In this document: piece by piece, positions 51,687 through 60,328 of the stretch
How positions within the stretch are numbered: the first letter of the stretch is position 1
Layout of the letters: every line of letters starts with the position of its first letter
Source of the DNA: an uncultured Candidatus Saccharibacteria bacterium
Lineage (GTDB): Bacteria > Patescibacteriota > Minisyncoccia > Phycocordibacterales > Phycocordibacteraceae
NCBI GenBank assembly: GCA_964357395.1
Contig: CAYHLC010000002.1
Span: 107,033-167,675 of the forward strand
Direction of reading: 5' to 3'
DNA length: 60,643 nucleotides
The notes under the pieces: generated by a model
The model's database searches: none
What the model was told of the DNA's origin: nothing
The model's input: only the letters and a program-made list of their open reading frames with translations
Position numbers and translations under genes: made by a program

Positions 51687-52613
51687 ATGAAGAAGGGATA
51701 TTTGAGTGTAGGTGATGGGCACACTATCTACTTCGAGGACTGGGGCAATCCAAAGGCAGTGCCTATCTTCGCCCTCCATGGCGGACCCGGCACAGGCTTC
51801 AGCAAGCGGCACCAGAAGCTCTTCGATCCGAAGAAGCACCGAGTGATATTCCACGATCAGCGGGGGTGTGGCCGCTCGACCCCGTTTGCATCGACCAAAC
51901 ACAATACGACACAGGACCTCATAGCAGATATCGAAAAGCTACGCGAGCACCTGGGTATCAAGAAGATGTACGTCGCCGGCGGCTCGTGGGGTTCGACCCT
52001 CGCCCTCTTCTACGCGATCGCGCATCCTAGCAGGGTTAAGAAACTGCTGATCTGGAGCGTGTGGCTCGCACGAAAGTTTGATACCTATTTTATGGCCGAG
52101 GGGTACCCGCGGCATTTCTTCCCTGCAGAGTGGGAGCGCTTTATCTCTGTGGTCCCAAAGCAACATCGGAAGAATGGTGAGAGCATTACGCGCTACTATG
52201 CTGCCAAAATCAGAAGCTCGAGCAAACAAGTTGCCAGCAGCTACGCGGACCTATGGGCACAGTGGGAGGGTACCCTCATCTCGATCAACTACAACCCAAA
52301 AACATTGGCCGCGGACACGCGTGCGCTTTCGGGCGAGAGTATTCCCGTCTCAATATTGGAAACACATTACTTCCTCAACCACTGCTTTGTTCCTGAAAAC
52401 TACATTCTGGCAAACATCAATAAAATCAAGCATATCCCCTGCTTCGTAGCACATGGCTACTTCGATATGTGCACACCCGCAGTCGGTGCCTACGATCTTG
52501 CCAAGGCGTATGGCAAAAAGTTAAAGCTTATGTGGACCAACTCGAGCCACACCACCGCCGACCCCGAAATGTTCAAAACCCTATCCGCCGCTACCCGCGG
52601 CGAACTTATCTAA
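51687..52613 (+). CDS. pip: prolyl aminopeptidase (proline iminopeptidase, alpha/beta hydrolase)
   Basis: HGGPG oxyanion motif, GGSWGSTLAL nucleophile elbow. The ORF-track ATG at 51666 lies inside the palindrome arm. Confidence 0.9.
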   Translation: MKKGYLSVGDGHTIYFEDWGNPKAVPIFALHGGPGTGFSKRHQKLFDPKKHRVIFHDQRGCGRSTPFASTKHNTTQDLIADIEKLREHLGIKKMYVAGGSWGSTLALFYAIAHPSRVKKLLIWSVWLARKFDTYFMAEGYPRHFFPAEWERFISVVPKQHRKNGESITRYYAAKIRSSSKQVASSYADLWAQWEGTLISINYNPKTLAADTRALSGESIPVSILETHYFLNHCFVPENYILANINKIKHIPCFVAHGYFDMCTPAVGAYDLAKAYGKKLKLMWTNSSHTTADPEMFKTLSAATRGELI

Positions 52614-52614
52614 G

Positions 52615-53022
52615 ATGGAACCGAGCCAGAAGATCATACTGAAGGATTCAGGAGTGGCTAATGCGGGGCGCGGCGTATTTGCGACAATCACAATTGCGGA
52701 GGGCGAGCTGATCGAGTCCTGCCCCGTTATAGAGCTCACGAGCCGTTGGGATCGCCGCCTTTTAAAGCTGACCGAGCTTCGCAACTACTACTTCCTCTGG
52801 GGAGAGCCTCAGACGCAAGTTGCCGTAGCGCTCGGATACGGATCTCTGTACAACCACTCCTACTCTCCAAACGCCAAGTACAAAAAGTTAGACGAGGAGA
52901 AGTGTATTAATTTTTATGCAATTCGCGATATCGCGCCTGGCGACGAAATATTGGTTAACTATAATGGAACACCGACAGACAAGACTCCACTTTGGATCAA
53001 AGAGATACCGCTCGCTGAGTGA
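52615..53022 (+). CDS. SET domain protein (putative lysine methyltransferase)
   Basis: GRGVFAT, NHSYSPNAKY and GDEILVNY motifs characteristic of SET domains. Confidence 0.85.
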   Translation: MEPSQKIILKDSGVANAGRGVFATITIAEGELIESCPVIELTSRWDRRLLKLTELRNYYFLWGEPQTQVAVALGYGSLYNHSYSPNAKYKKLDEEKCINFYAIRDIAPGDEILVNYNGTPTDKTPLWIKEIPLAE

Positions 53023-53728
53023 GATCCGATCTCACTCAAGGTATAGATGCTCAAGCGACGGATCTCTGATTGCCCGCAAATAACTCTTGAGGCTCGTGGT
53101 GTGAGTGTGCCGCTCAGCAAAGATATCGGACCCAGTAAGAATCTCCGAGAACTCAGGCTCACCGCTATAGTTACGGTAACTACTCCAGCGGTATGCGTCG
53201 AGATAGTCGAGGGCAGCCTTAGGACTTGCCAGAGACTGAGTCCGCCAACCAGACCCGCCGCGCATAAGGTCTAATGGATTGCAATGAATGTAATGCAAGA
53301 TGTAGTTAAAGTGCGCCTCCTTCTCGATCAGCACCTTCTTCGTCTTCCCTTGAAACAGAACTCCACTTCGCTGGTGTCGCTTATTAAAGTACATCGTGTA
53401 CCCAATGTTAAGCTTTTGCAGAAACTTGCTCACTCCATTTTCAACATGCGATGACAACAAGAGATGGTAATGATTTCCCATCAGGCACCATGCATGGACA
53501 TCCACCAAACGGTTCCGATCATCTGAGTGAGATCCGATCTCACTCAGATCCCTTGAAAGGTTAACTACCGAGTCTACGTCGTTGAAGGCATACAGGCCTA
53601 GCACAAAGCGCTGCCGGTCATAATTGTCCATCACTATAGCTCGCTTGTCAGTCCCTCTATTTAGCGCGTGGTACAGCTCCATTCCCAGCATAGTATCACC
53701 CAGTATGAGTGAGATCCGATCTCACTCA
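53016..53728 (-). mobile_element. second RAYT/IS200-like gene with three copies of a 23-nt perfect palindrome
   Basis: TGAGTGAGATCCGATCTCACTCA at 53016..53038, 53524..53546 (within the extended palindrome 53521..53549) and 53706..53728. Confidence 0.7.
53032..53691 (-). CDS. HUH-Y1 transposase, RAYT-like, paralog of 20246..20911
   Basis: MGNHYHLLL (HUH) and LHYIHCNP (Tyr context). GYTMYFNK is shared with the other copy. Confidence 0.8.
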   Translation of the reverse strand: MLGMELYHALNRGTDKRAIVMDNYDRQRFVLGLYAFNDVDSVVNLSRDLSEIGSHSDDRNRLVDVHAWCLMGNHYHLLLSSHVENGVSKFLQKLNIGYTMYFNKRHQRSGVLFQGKTKKVLIEKEAHFNYILHYIHCNPLDLMRGGSGWRTQSLASPKAALDYLDAYRWSSYRNYSGEPEFSEILTGSDIFAERHTHTTSLKSYLRAIRDPSLEHLYLE

Positions 53729-53734
53729 GGAAAT

Positions 53735-54676
53735 CTAGCGGCCGCGGCCGTACTGCTCCTTAAGGAGGGCGACGTGCTCCTCGTACGTGACGGAGCAGAA
53801 GAACTCGCTCGTCTTTGAGTGGAAATAGAACATGCAGTCCGTCTTCCTTGGATTTAGTGCCGCGATGATTGCCGCCACGGAGGGGTTTGATATCGGCCCT
53901 GGGGGGAGGCCGCTATGCATATAGGTGTTGTAGTCCGACTTGATGTACTTGTCCCTCGAGCGTGGCACCGGCCACCAGCCGTTACTCCCTGTACCGCGCG
54001 CGTAGGAAAGCGTGGCGTCGAGCTGTAGACGCATGCCGGCGAATATCCGATTCCAGATAATTCCTGAGATAATCCGCATCTCCTCCGCATTCCCTGCCTC
54101 GCGCTCCAGCATCGACGCAATGGTGAGCGCATCCGCTACCGGCACCACCTCGCGCGTACTGGTCGCGTAGCGCTCCAAAACCCGATTGTTAAACTCGGCA
54201 TTGATGAGCGCCTCCACATCCGTAGGCGTCATGCCCGGCGAAACCAGGTAGGTAGAGGGGAACAGCATACCTTCGTCAATAGCAAGCGTCGCCTTCCTAT
54301 CCCACTTCAGCGCCGTACCAAACGCGCGTGCCACCTGCTCCTTACGCGAACCGGGTTGGATAGTAACCGTTGTGGGGAGGCCAACGAGCGCCACCGATTG
54401 GTACCACGGCTGCTCGGCAACAAATGCCGCAACACGCTGCAAAAACCGAAATGAGAGCTGCTCCACTGCTGGCGGTTCCTCACGTATAACACGTGCTATC
54501 GGATCGACCGAGAGTGTAAAAGGTTCTGGCTCGAACGGCGTTATTATTTCGGCGTGCAGGAAGGAAACAAGAGTGGGCAGGAACAGCACGGCGATCATTC
54601 CTCCTGCGGCAACTCCTGTTAGGGTCATAACAATTCCGCGTGCGCCCTTCATCACCACACATAGTAGCAGAGGCAA
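53735..54676 (-). CDS. mltG: endolytic murein transglycosylase MltG (YceG-like)
   Basis: N-terminal TM helix, ASMLEREAG and YNTYMHSGLPPGPISNP motifs. Confidence 0.9.
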   Translation of the reverse strand: MPLLLCVVMKGARGIVMTLTGVAAGGMIAVLFLPTLVSFLHAEIITPFEPEPFTLSVDPIARVIREEPPAVEQLSFRFLQRVAAFVAEQPWYQSVALVGLPTTVTIQPGSRKEQVARAFGTALKWDRKATLAIDEGMLFPSTYLVSPGMTPTDVEALINAEFNNRVLERYATSTREVVPVADALTIASMLEREAGNAEEMRIISGIIWNRIFAGMRLQLDATLSYARGTGSNGWWPVPRSRDKYIKSDYNTYMHSGLPPGPISNPSVAAIIAALNPRKTDCMFYFHSKTSEFFCSVTYEEHVALLKEQYGRGR

Positions 54677-54764
54677 GCAAGCGGTTGATTAATCCGCCAT
54701 TCACCAGGCTTAGGCTAGCGTATAGGTAGGTTGCCGTTACTAGCATTAATGCGAGCACACACTT

Positions 54765-55019
54765 ATGGCGCAGAACACAAAGACGAGTAAGAAGATGACG
54801 GTCGAGGAAGCCGGCCGTATGGGGGGCGAGAAGGTCGCCCGCGAACGAGGGTCCGAGTTCTACTCAGAAATCGGCCGCATCGGCGGGCAGAGCCAAGGCA
54901 AGGCTACTAACCCAGGCAACTTTGCTAACGACCCCGAGAAGGCCCGAGAAGCCGGGCGTAGGGGTGGCGAGAGCCGCAGTAAGGCCCTAGAGGAGGACCA
55001 CTCGCCACCAATGATGTAG
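54765..55019 (+). CDS. KGG-repeat general stress protein (YciG/GsiB-like)
   Basis: Repeated GG-x-x-x-R/K and EFYSEIGRIGGQSQG strings, 84 aa, hydrophilic. Confidence 0.75.
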   Translation: MAQNTKTSKKMTVEEAGRMGGEKVARERGSEFYSEIGRIGGQSQGKATNPGNFANDPEKAREAGRRGGESRSKALEEDHSPPMM

Positions 55020-55020
55020 C

Positions 55021-55049
55021 AAAAAGCCCCCTCTCCGAGGGGGCTTTTT
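55021..55049 (+). terminator. intrinsic terminator
   Basis: AAAAAGCCCCCTC-TCCG-GAGGGGGCTTTTT. Confidence 0.8.
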
Positions 55050-55069
55050 GTATCACCAACTTCTCTCAG

Positions 55070-55720
55070 CTAGTTGTTGGTTCTGAAGGTCTTCTGCAGC
55101 GTCATCGAGACATTACCCACTGCGTCGATCACGCGGACCACGAAGTAGTACGTCGTGTTCGGTGCGAGTGCAGTAATTGGGATGATGTGCGAGGTGGTTA
55201 CCGCAGCACCTGCTGCTAGAGAGCCACTGATGTATGGCAATTGGCGAGGACCTGTTGCCTCATCCGAGCGGACTGGGAGTATGTCGAAGTACACCTGGCC
55301 AGTCGTGGGCTCGTTGGTGGCAAAGCTTACCGTTGCGCTGGTATTGCTCTGCGTCACCGTTGGTACGCTGAGGACCGGTACGGTGTCCCAGCCCACGCCA
55401 GTACCCATCAATAGGTTGAGGCGAGCGCGAGTAGTTGGACCCACACGGCCATAGCCCGTCGAGGCTGGCGTACCAGATGAGACGATACCTTCCGATTGTT
55501 GGAACCTCTGGACTGCAGCCTCGGTCAGAACACCGAAGTAGCCAGTGACCAGACCCTCTGGGTAGAGGTTGGGGCGCGAGGCAAGGTAGGTCTGGAGCTC
55601 AGTCACCTGTGCCCCGGTCGAGCCAAGATCGAGTGATGTAGTAATGGCTGCGTTTGCGAACTCGACCTGCAGAAAGGCAGCGACGAGCAGAGCAGCAAAG
55701 AATGCAAATTTCTTACTCAT
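55070..55720 (-). CDS. secreted peptidoglycan-binding (PG_binding_1) domain protein with beta-sandwich C-terminus
   Basis: Signal peptide, then GSTGAQVTELQTYLA...GYFGVLTEAAVQRFQQSEGI. Confidence 0.8.
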   Translation of the reverse strand: MSKKFAFFAALLVAAFLQVEFANAAITTSLDLGSTGAQVTELQTYLASRPNLYPEGLVTGYFGVLTEAAVQRFQQSEGIVSSGTPASTGYGRVGPTTRARLNLLMGTGVGWDTVPVLSVPTVTQSNTSATVSFATNEPTTGQVYFDILPVRSDEATGPRQLPYISGSLAAGAAVTTSHIIPITALAPNTTYYFVVRVIDAVGNVSMTLQKTFRTNN

Positions 55721-55826
55721 AGTGTTTGTAGTTGTAATTGTAATAAGGATTAATAAGACGACCTATACATATGCCGTTTGAGTGGCTATTTGTTTACATA
55801 TCATTTCTGTGCGGTAGTATATGCGC

Positions 55827-55961
55827 ATGGAAAGATTAGTATTTGATGAACGCACGAACACGCGCAACTGCTATTGCCGCGGTGGCAAGCACTACTACTC
55901 GGCAGAGATCGAGTCAGGCGCAGTCGAGCCGAACAACTGCCCCGACTATCCCAACTGCTAG
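55827..55961 (+). CDS. possible 44-aa Cys-rich peptide, leaderless
   Basis: Hand-translated MERLVFDERTNTRNCYCRGGKHYYSAEIESGAVEPNNCPDYPNC. TTTACA-16-TAGTAT, then 6 nt to the ATG. Confidence 0.3.
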   Translation: MERLVFDERTNTRNCYCRGGKHYYSAEIESGAVEPNNCPDYPNC

Positions 55962-56998
55962 GCAAACGTGCTGTGTGCGACTGACACTATGGTACCTTCG
56001 CTCGTGCTCTTCCGCGTCACAGTAGCCTCAAGTTGCCTCGCGAGCGAGGCAACAATGCTGGTGCCCAGACCCTCAGTAGCAGCCAACTTAGCTGTATCAA
56101 TACCAACACTGTCGTCCTGTACAGCCAATTTCCATCTATCGTCCTCGGATTCGTAGACCACGAGTATGTTGCCTTCCCCACTCGGAAAGGCGTGCTTGAG
56201 TGAGTTGATTACCAGCTCGGTAGTCAGGAGCCCAATAGCGATGGCCTCATCGGGACTCGCGGCCCCCTCACCCCCGCGTACCTTGAGGGTGATAGGCTTC
56301 CTCCCACCAATCATGGATCGGGCAAGGCTGTCGCACAGTACCGTGAGGTATGCCGCCATCGGCACCATGCTGTCCTCCCCAGTTGGGTCGAGGTTACGCT
56401 GTACGGTTGCTATCGAAAGTATGCGGTCATGCGCATCCTCAAGGTGCAGTCTACTTTCCTCAGACTTTACCATCCCTGCTTTGAGGAGGATAATACTCGC
56501 AATAAGTTGGAGACTGTTGGCGATACGGTGGCGCATCTCCTTCAGCAAGGTATCCTTCTGCAACATCAGCTGTTCCTTATCGTGTTGCAGCTTGCGCTGC
56601 TCAGTGACATCTAGGATCGAGAGCAATATATTTTGTCGTGTGCTATCAAACTTGATTGCACGTGCCCTAATAACCATAGTGCGCTTGCCAAGGCGCATGA
56701 ACGTGTGCGTCACCTCATAGTGCTCGACGATCATTTTTTCTGGGATAACTTGCTCGAGGAGTACGCGCAAGGCAGGGATGTCCCACTCGCCGTTGCCCAA
56801 GGAATAAAACGATTTTCCCCGGATAGTCTCATACTCAACTCCAAAGACGTTATAGAAAGAGCGACTCGCTACAATCACGTTAAGTTTCTCATCTAGTATG
56901 ATTATTGGTTCGAGGAGAGTTCCGATGATAGCCTCGGTAAGCTCAGGGTCCAAACCCCGAGGATGTTGATCCACATACATAGTGAATGCCTGTGTCAA
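55958..56998 (-). CDS. PAS-domain HisKA_2/HWE-type sensor histidine kinase, cytoplasmic
   Basis: PAS region, phospho-His box EMRHRIANSLQLIASI, HATPase region NSLKHAF and GLGTSIV. Confidence 0.85.
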   Translation of the reverse strand: MTQAFTMYVDQHPRGLDPELTEAIIGTLLEPIIILDEKLNVIVASRSFYNVFGVEYETIRGKSFYSLGNGEWDIPALRVLLEQVIPEKMIVEHYEVTHTFMRLGKRTMVIRARAIKFDSTRQNILLSILDVTEQRKLQHDKEQLMLQKDTLLKEMRHRIANSLQLIASIILLKAGMVKSEESRLHLEDAHDRILSIATVQRNLDPTGEDSMVPMAAYLTVLCDSLARSMIGGRKPITLKVRGGEGAASPDEAIAIGLLTTELVINSLKHAFPSGEGNILVVYESEDDRWKLAVQDDSVGIDTAKLAATEGLGTSIVASLARQLEATVTRKSTSEGTIVSVAHSTFA

Positions 56999-57143
56999 GC
57001 AAAAGACTAATGTAGAGATTATGAAGATTCGTTAGGACTTCCCCCCTAGGCATGCACGGGGGGGATAAGTCGTGGATAAGTCTTGTTAATCGGTGACCAC
57101 AAGATGGCGAATCGAGGCACCACGCATTATGACGCAGGCCTAC

Positions 57144-57494
57144 TTAGGCCTCCATCCCCGGAAGGTAGTTGATCGGCATGACGTCGATCCAGCCCGTCGG
57201 TATACCAAAGTGCGGGTGGCCCACGAAGGCCGCAGCGACCGCATCGACTGACTCGCCTTCTGCAATAGCATAAAGCATCACATCGTTTGCAACGTCCGCT
57301 ACGCCAGCACCCGTCACGCGCTTGGTCTTGCCTGCTCCAGCTACGACGCCTTGCAGCCCCTTGTGACTCGCAGTCCAGGCGTCCCACTCGGCCTTCATCT
57401 TTGCCTCCTCTGCCTGCCTCGCCTCTTGTGGCATAGCCATCCACTCGGCCATACTTGCTGCGGGGGCACAATACAACACCAAGAATTTTTTCAT
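57144..57494 (-). CDS. hypothetical soluble protein
   Basis: 116 aa from MKKFLVLY. No motif I can name. The longer ORF-track start at 57539 is also possible. Confidence 0.55.
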   Translation of the reverse strand: MKKFLVLYCAPAASMAEWMAMPQEARQAEEAKMKAEWDAWTASHKGLQGVVAGAGKTKRVTGAGVADVANDVMLYAIAEGESVDAVAAAFVGHPHFGIPTGWIDVMPINYLPGMEA

Positions 57495-57532
57495 ATATCG
57501 CAGTATAGCAAACGGGGGTGTAGTATACAGCC

Positions 57533-57724
57533 ATGGCACGCCGGGTCCCTGACTACGTAGAGCTCTTCGCCGCAGTGGGCGTCTACTTTATGGCTGATGC
57601 GCTGGTCTCTACCATCCTCGAGGTGAGCGGAGCTCTTGATGAACCAGTATCCGATATAGCAGGAGTAGTCGCTGGCATACTCACCATGTTTGGTTACATA
57701 ACACTCCGCAACCGAGGCAGGTAG
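57533..57724 (+). CDS. small 2-TM membrane protein (hypothetical), leaderless
   Basis: 63 aa. TAGTAT (57521..57526), then 6 nt to the ATG. Confidence 0.45.
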   Translation: MARRVPDYVELFAAVGVYFMADALVSTILEVSGALDEPVSDIAGVVAGILTMFGYITLRNRGR

Positions 57725-57748
57725 CAGGCAGTAAGCTGTAGCATAGGC

Positions 57749-58540
57749 ATGCAGCCAAGGCATCTTAGTGAGTTATGGTACTTCTTCCTCGCTAACCTTA
57801 AGGCGAGCTACTTTGGGGTATTCCTACTTATACTCTTTGTGCTCACCGAGTTTGTTTCGGTACCACTAACCAGATATGACTTCATCTTCCTTTCGGCAGT
57901 CCTCTATCAGCTGTGCGCGCTCGCCTTCCGGCTCGAGAGCTGGCGCGAGTTTAGTGTCATCATCACCTTCCACATCCTCGCGACCGGGATGGAGCTGTTC
58001 AAGACGCACCCCGCTATCGGCTCCTGGGCGTATCCTGGATACGAAAGCTCTATATTCGTCCTTGCCACCGTGCCCCTCTTCTCTGGCTTCCTCTACTCGG
58101 CAGTTGGGAGCTACATATCGCGCGCGTTCGTGTTCCTCGATCTTTCGTTTCAGAACTTCCCTGCTTACTATCACCTCTCCATACTCGCGGCGCTCATATA
58201 CATCAACTTCTTTTCGCACCACTTTGTGTACGATATCCGCTATATCCTCTTTGCGTACGTTGCCGTTCTCTTCTGGCGGACACAAATCCACTTCCGTGTG
58301 TACCAAAAAGTGCGGAGCATGCCGTTCGTGGTGGCGGCAGTCCTCACCGCCTTCTTCCTCTGGGTGGCCGAGAACATAGGGACCTTCACCTCTGTCTGGC
58401 TCTATCCGAGCCAGGCGGAGCTGTGGCACGTGGTCTCTTTTGGCAAGATGGGCTCGTGGTTCCTCCTCCTCATACTCAGCTTCGCTCTCGTCAGTATCAT
58501 CTACCGCGACCGGCTACGAGGTACCAGATCTTACCCCTAG
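57749..58540 (+). CDS. polytopic integral membrane protein (possibly DUF817-like)
   Basis: 263 aa with about 7 hydrophobic helices. The family assignment is tentative. Confidence 0.65.
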   Translation: MQPRHLSELWYFFLANLKASYFGVFLLILFVLTEFVSVPLTRYDFIFLSAVLYQLCALAFRLESWREFSVIITFHILATGMELFKTHPAIGSWAYPGYESSIFVLATVPLFSGFLYSAVGSYISRAFVFLDLSFQNFPAYYHLSILAALIYINFFSHHFVYDIRYILFAYVAVLFWRTQIHFRVYQKVRSMPFVVAAVLTAFFLWVAENIGTFTSVWLYPSQAELWHVVSFGKMGSWFLLLILSFALVSIIYRDRLRGTRSYP

Positions 58541-58737
58541 CGCCTCCAGAGCCAGAGGAGCAACGCAATCGCTCCAAGCAGGGCTCCAACTATAAGTGCG
58601 ATGCCAATGTAGATTGGTAGGATAATGACCTCCGCAATCTCTGGCGCTCCGACAAATAGGTCAAGTGCGAAGTATGCAGCACCCAAAAAGCATACGGCAG
58701 AGAGTGACCCCAAGATCCTTATGGCGCTCCAACTCAT
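58537..58737 (-). CDS. small 2-TM membrane protein (hypothetical)
   Basis: 66 aa from MSWSAIRILG. The 165-aa ORF-track version overlaps the nucleotidyltransferase gene. Confidence 0.5.
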   Translation of the reverse strand: MSWSAIRILGSLSAVCFLGAAYFALDLFVGAPEIAEVIILPIYIGIALIVGALLGAIALLLWLWRR

Positions 58738-58759
58738 GCCGCTATGATACACTTTTTTT

Positions 58760-59548
58760 ATGATCAACAAGAACTTCGTTCTCCCGCCGAAAGGGGTGTC
58801 GGAGATGGAGACCGAGCGGCGACTCAGCCTCCTACCCAAGGTTCGTGAGGCGCTCGACACAAGCACTGAGGCTATATATGTAGGCGGGTCGCTCGCCGCC
58901 GGTCGCAACCACTCTGTCCACCCCGACTCTGACATAGACACGGGGCTGCTTGTAACGCCACAAACAGTCGGCCACATTGTTGGCACCAACCTTTTCGACA
59001 AGGACCGCGCGGAGTACTTTATTGAGGGGTACAAGAAGGGTCTCGCGCATCAATTTAGTTTGGATGCGGAGATGGACGGAGTGAAGATCGAGTGCCACTT
59101 TATCGACAAGGACGCATATCTCGATGCACTGCGACTACGAAAGGAAACGGTACTGCGTTTCCGCTCCTCAAACGGAGGACAGAACGTGAACTACGGCTTC
59201 AACTTCAATGGAGAGGAGCTCGTCACTGAACTACCTACAGAGACGATCGATAAGTGGTTTACAAGCCCGTTCCCGCTCTACATTAGAGAGGGCAAGAACT
59301 TCTACCCCTGCAGACTAGTAACCAATCTACTGGGCACTCCTATTATTGTTAAGGGCGATGCCTTGCTGCAGCCCTACATTGACTCGTTGTGGACTTGGGT
59401 AGCAGAAGAGCTCTTGGCGTTTGCTGGCGGCGAGCCGGATCTGAGTAACACTAATGTTTCAAAGTCTATGCCCGGTAATTGGAAGTTCGCACCCGAGACG
59501 CTAGCTGCTATTGAAGAGCGCACCAAGACAGAGCTCGCGAGGCTCTAA
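58760..59548 (+). CDS. Pol-beta superfamily nucleotidyltransferase domain protein
   Basis: GGSLAAGRNHSVHPDSDIDTGL = G-S...D-x-D minimal NTase motif. The rest is unrecognised. Confidence 0.7.
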   Translation: MINKNFVLPPKGVSEMETERRLSLLPKVREALDTSTEAIYVGGSLAAGRNHSVHPDSDIDTGLLVTPQTVGHIVGTNLFDKDRAEYFIEGYKKGLAHQFSLDAEMDGVKIECHFIDKDAYLDALRLRKETVLRFRSSNGGQNVNYGFNFNGEELVTELPTETIDKWFTSPFPLYIREGKNFYPCRLVTNLLGTPIIVKGDALLQPYIDSLWTWVAEELLAFAGGEPDLSNTNVSKSMPGNWKFAPETLAAIEERTKTELARL

Positions 59549-59571
59549 TCATAGTTTGGTAAGATAGGGGT

Positions 59572-59820
59572 ATGTCAAAGACACTTCCAGGTGGGACGGT
59601 ACACAAGCTACCGGCTGATATGAAAAAGATGCTGCACTCGAACGCGAAGGTGGAGGCGCTCTGGCAAGACATAACTCCACTAGCGCGCAACGAGTGGATC
59701 TGCTGGATAGAGTCGGGTGCGAGGGCAGAGACTCGCCAGATCCGCCTCGACAAAGGCCTCTCGAAGCTGAAGGGCGGCATGCGCCGCCCCTGCTGCTGGG
59801 TCGGCTGCCCGCACCGTTAA
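59572..59820 (+). CDS. YdeI/OmpD-associated family protein
   Basis: WQDITPLARNEWICWIESGARAETRQIRLDK string typical of the family. Confidence 0.7.
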   Translation: MSKTLPGGTVHKLPADMKKMLHSNAKVEALWQDITPLARNEWICWIESGARAETRQIRLDKGLSKLKGGMRRPCCWVGCPHR

Positions 59821-59844
59821 TCCCCGTTTGCTACACTACAGGTA

Positions 59845-60267
59845 ATGGCCGAACTCAAAACAAAGCGTACCCCCGCAAGCGCCCTCACGTTTATTAAGTC
59901 AGTACCGGATGAAAAGAGGCGCAGGGACAGCCTCGTGCTCCTTAAGGCCTTTAAAGAGATGACCGGGCAAAAGCCGAAGATGTGGGGCACTGCAATTGTC
60001 GGCTTTGGGATGTACCACTACGAGTCTCTGCGGAGCAGTCAAAAGGGCGACTGGCCGCTGGTCGGCTTCTCCCCCCGCAAACAGAACCTCACCCTCTATA
60101 TCATGCCGGGCTTTCTTGGCCTCGGCGCAGAGCTTAAAAGGCTCGGCAAGCACAAGACGAGCAAGGGCTGCCTCTATATCAATAAGCTTGAGGATGTGAG
60201 CATCCCGGTCTTAAAGCAGATCATCAAAAAGTCTTATTCCGCGATGAAGAAGAAGTACAAGGCGTAG
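59845..60267 (+). CDS. DUF1801 (YdhG-like) domain protein
   Basis: MWGTAIVGFGMYHY...WPLVGFSPRKQNLTLYI layout. Confidence 0.75.
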   Translation: MAELKTKRTPASALTFIKSVPDEKRRRDSLVLLKAFKEMTGQKPKMWGTAIVGFGMYHYESLRSSQKGDWPLVGFSPRKQNLTLYIMPGFLGLGAELKRLGKHKTSKGCLYINKLEDVSIPVLKQIIKKSYSAMKKKYKA

Positions 60268-60328
60268 CCTTTAATACCGAAACTGCAATAAAAAAACCGC
60301 CCACTTTTCAGTGGATGGTTTTTTCAAT

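Noticed and set aside
57040-57066. C6/G6 hairpin TCCCCCC-TAGGCATGCAC-GGGGGGGA between 57144..57494 and the kinase gene, considered as a terminator or regulatory element.
   Set aside because: No U-tract on either strand and a single occurrence. It could be a weak structure only.
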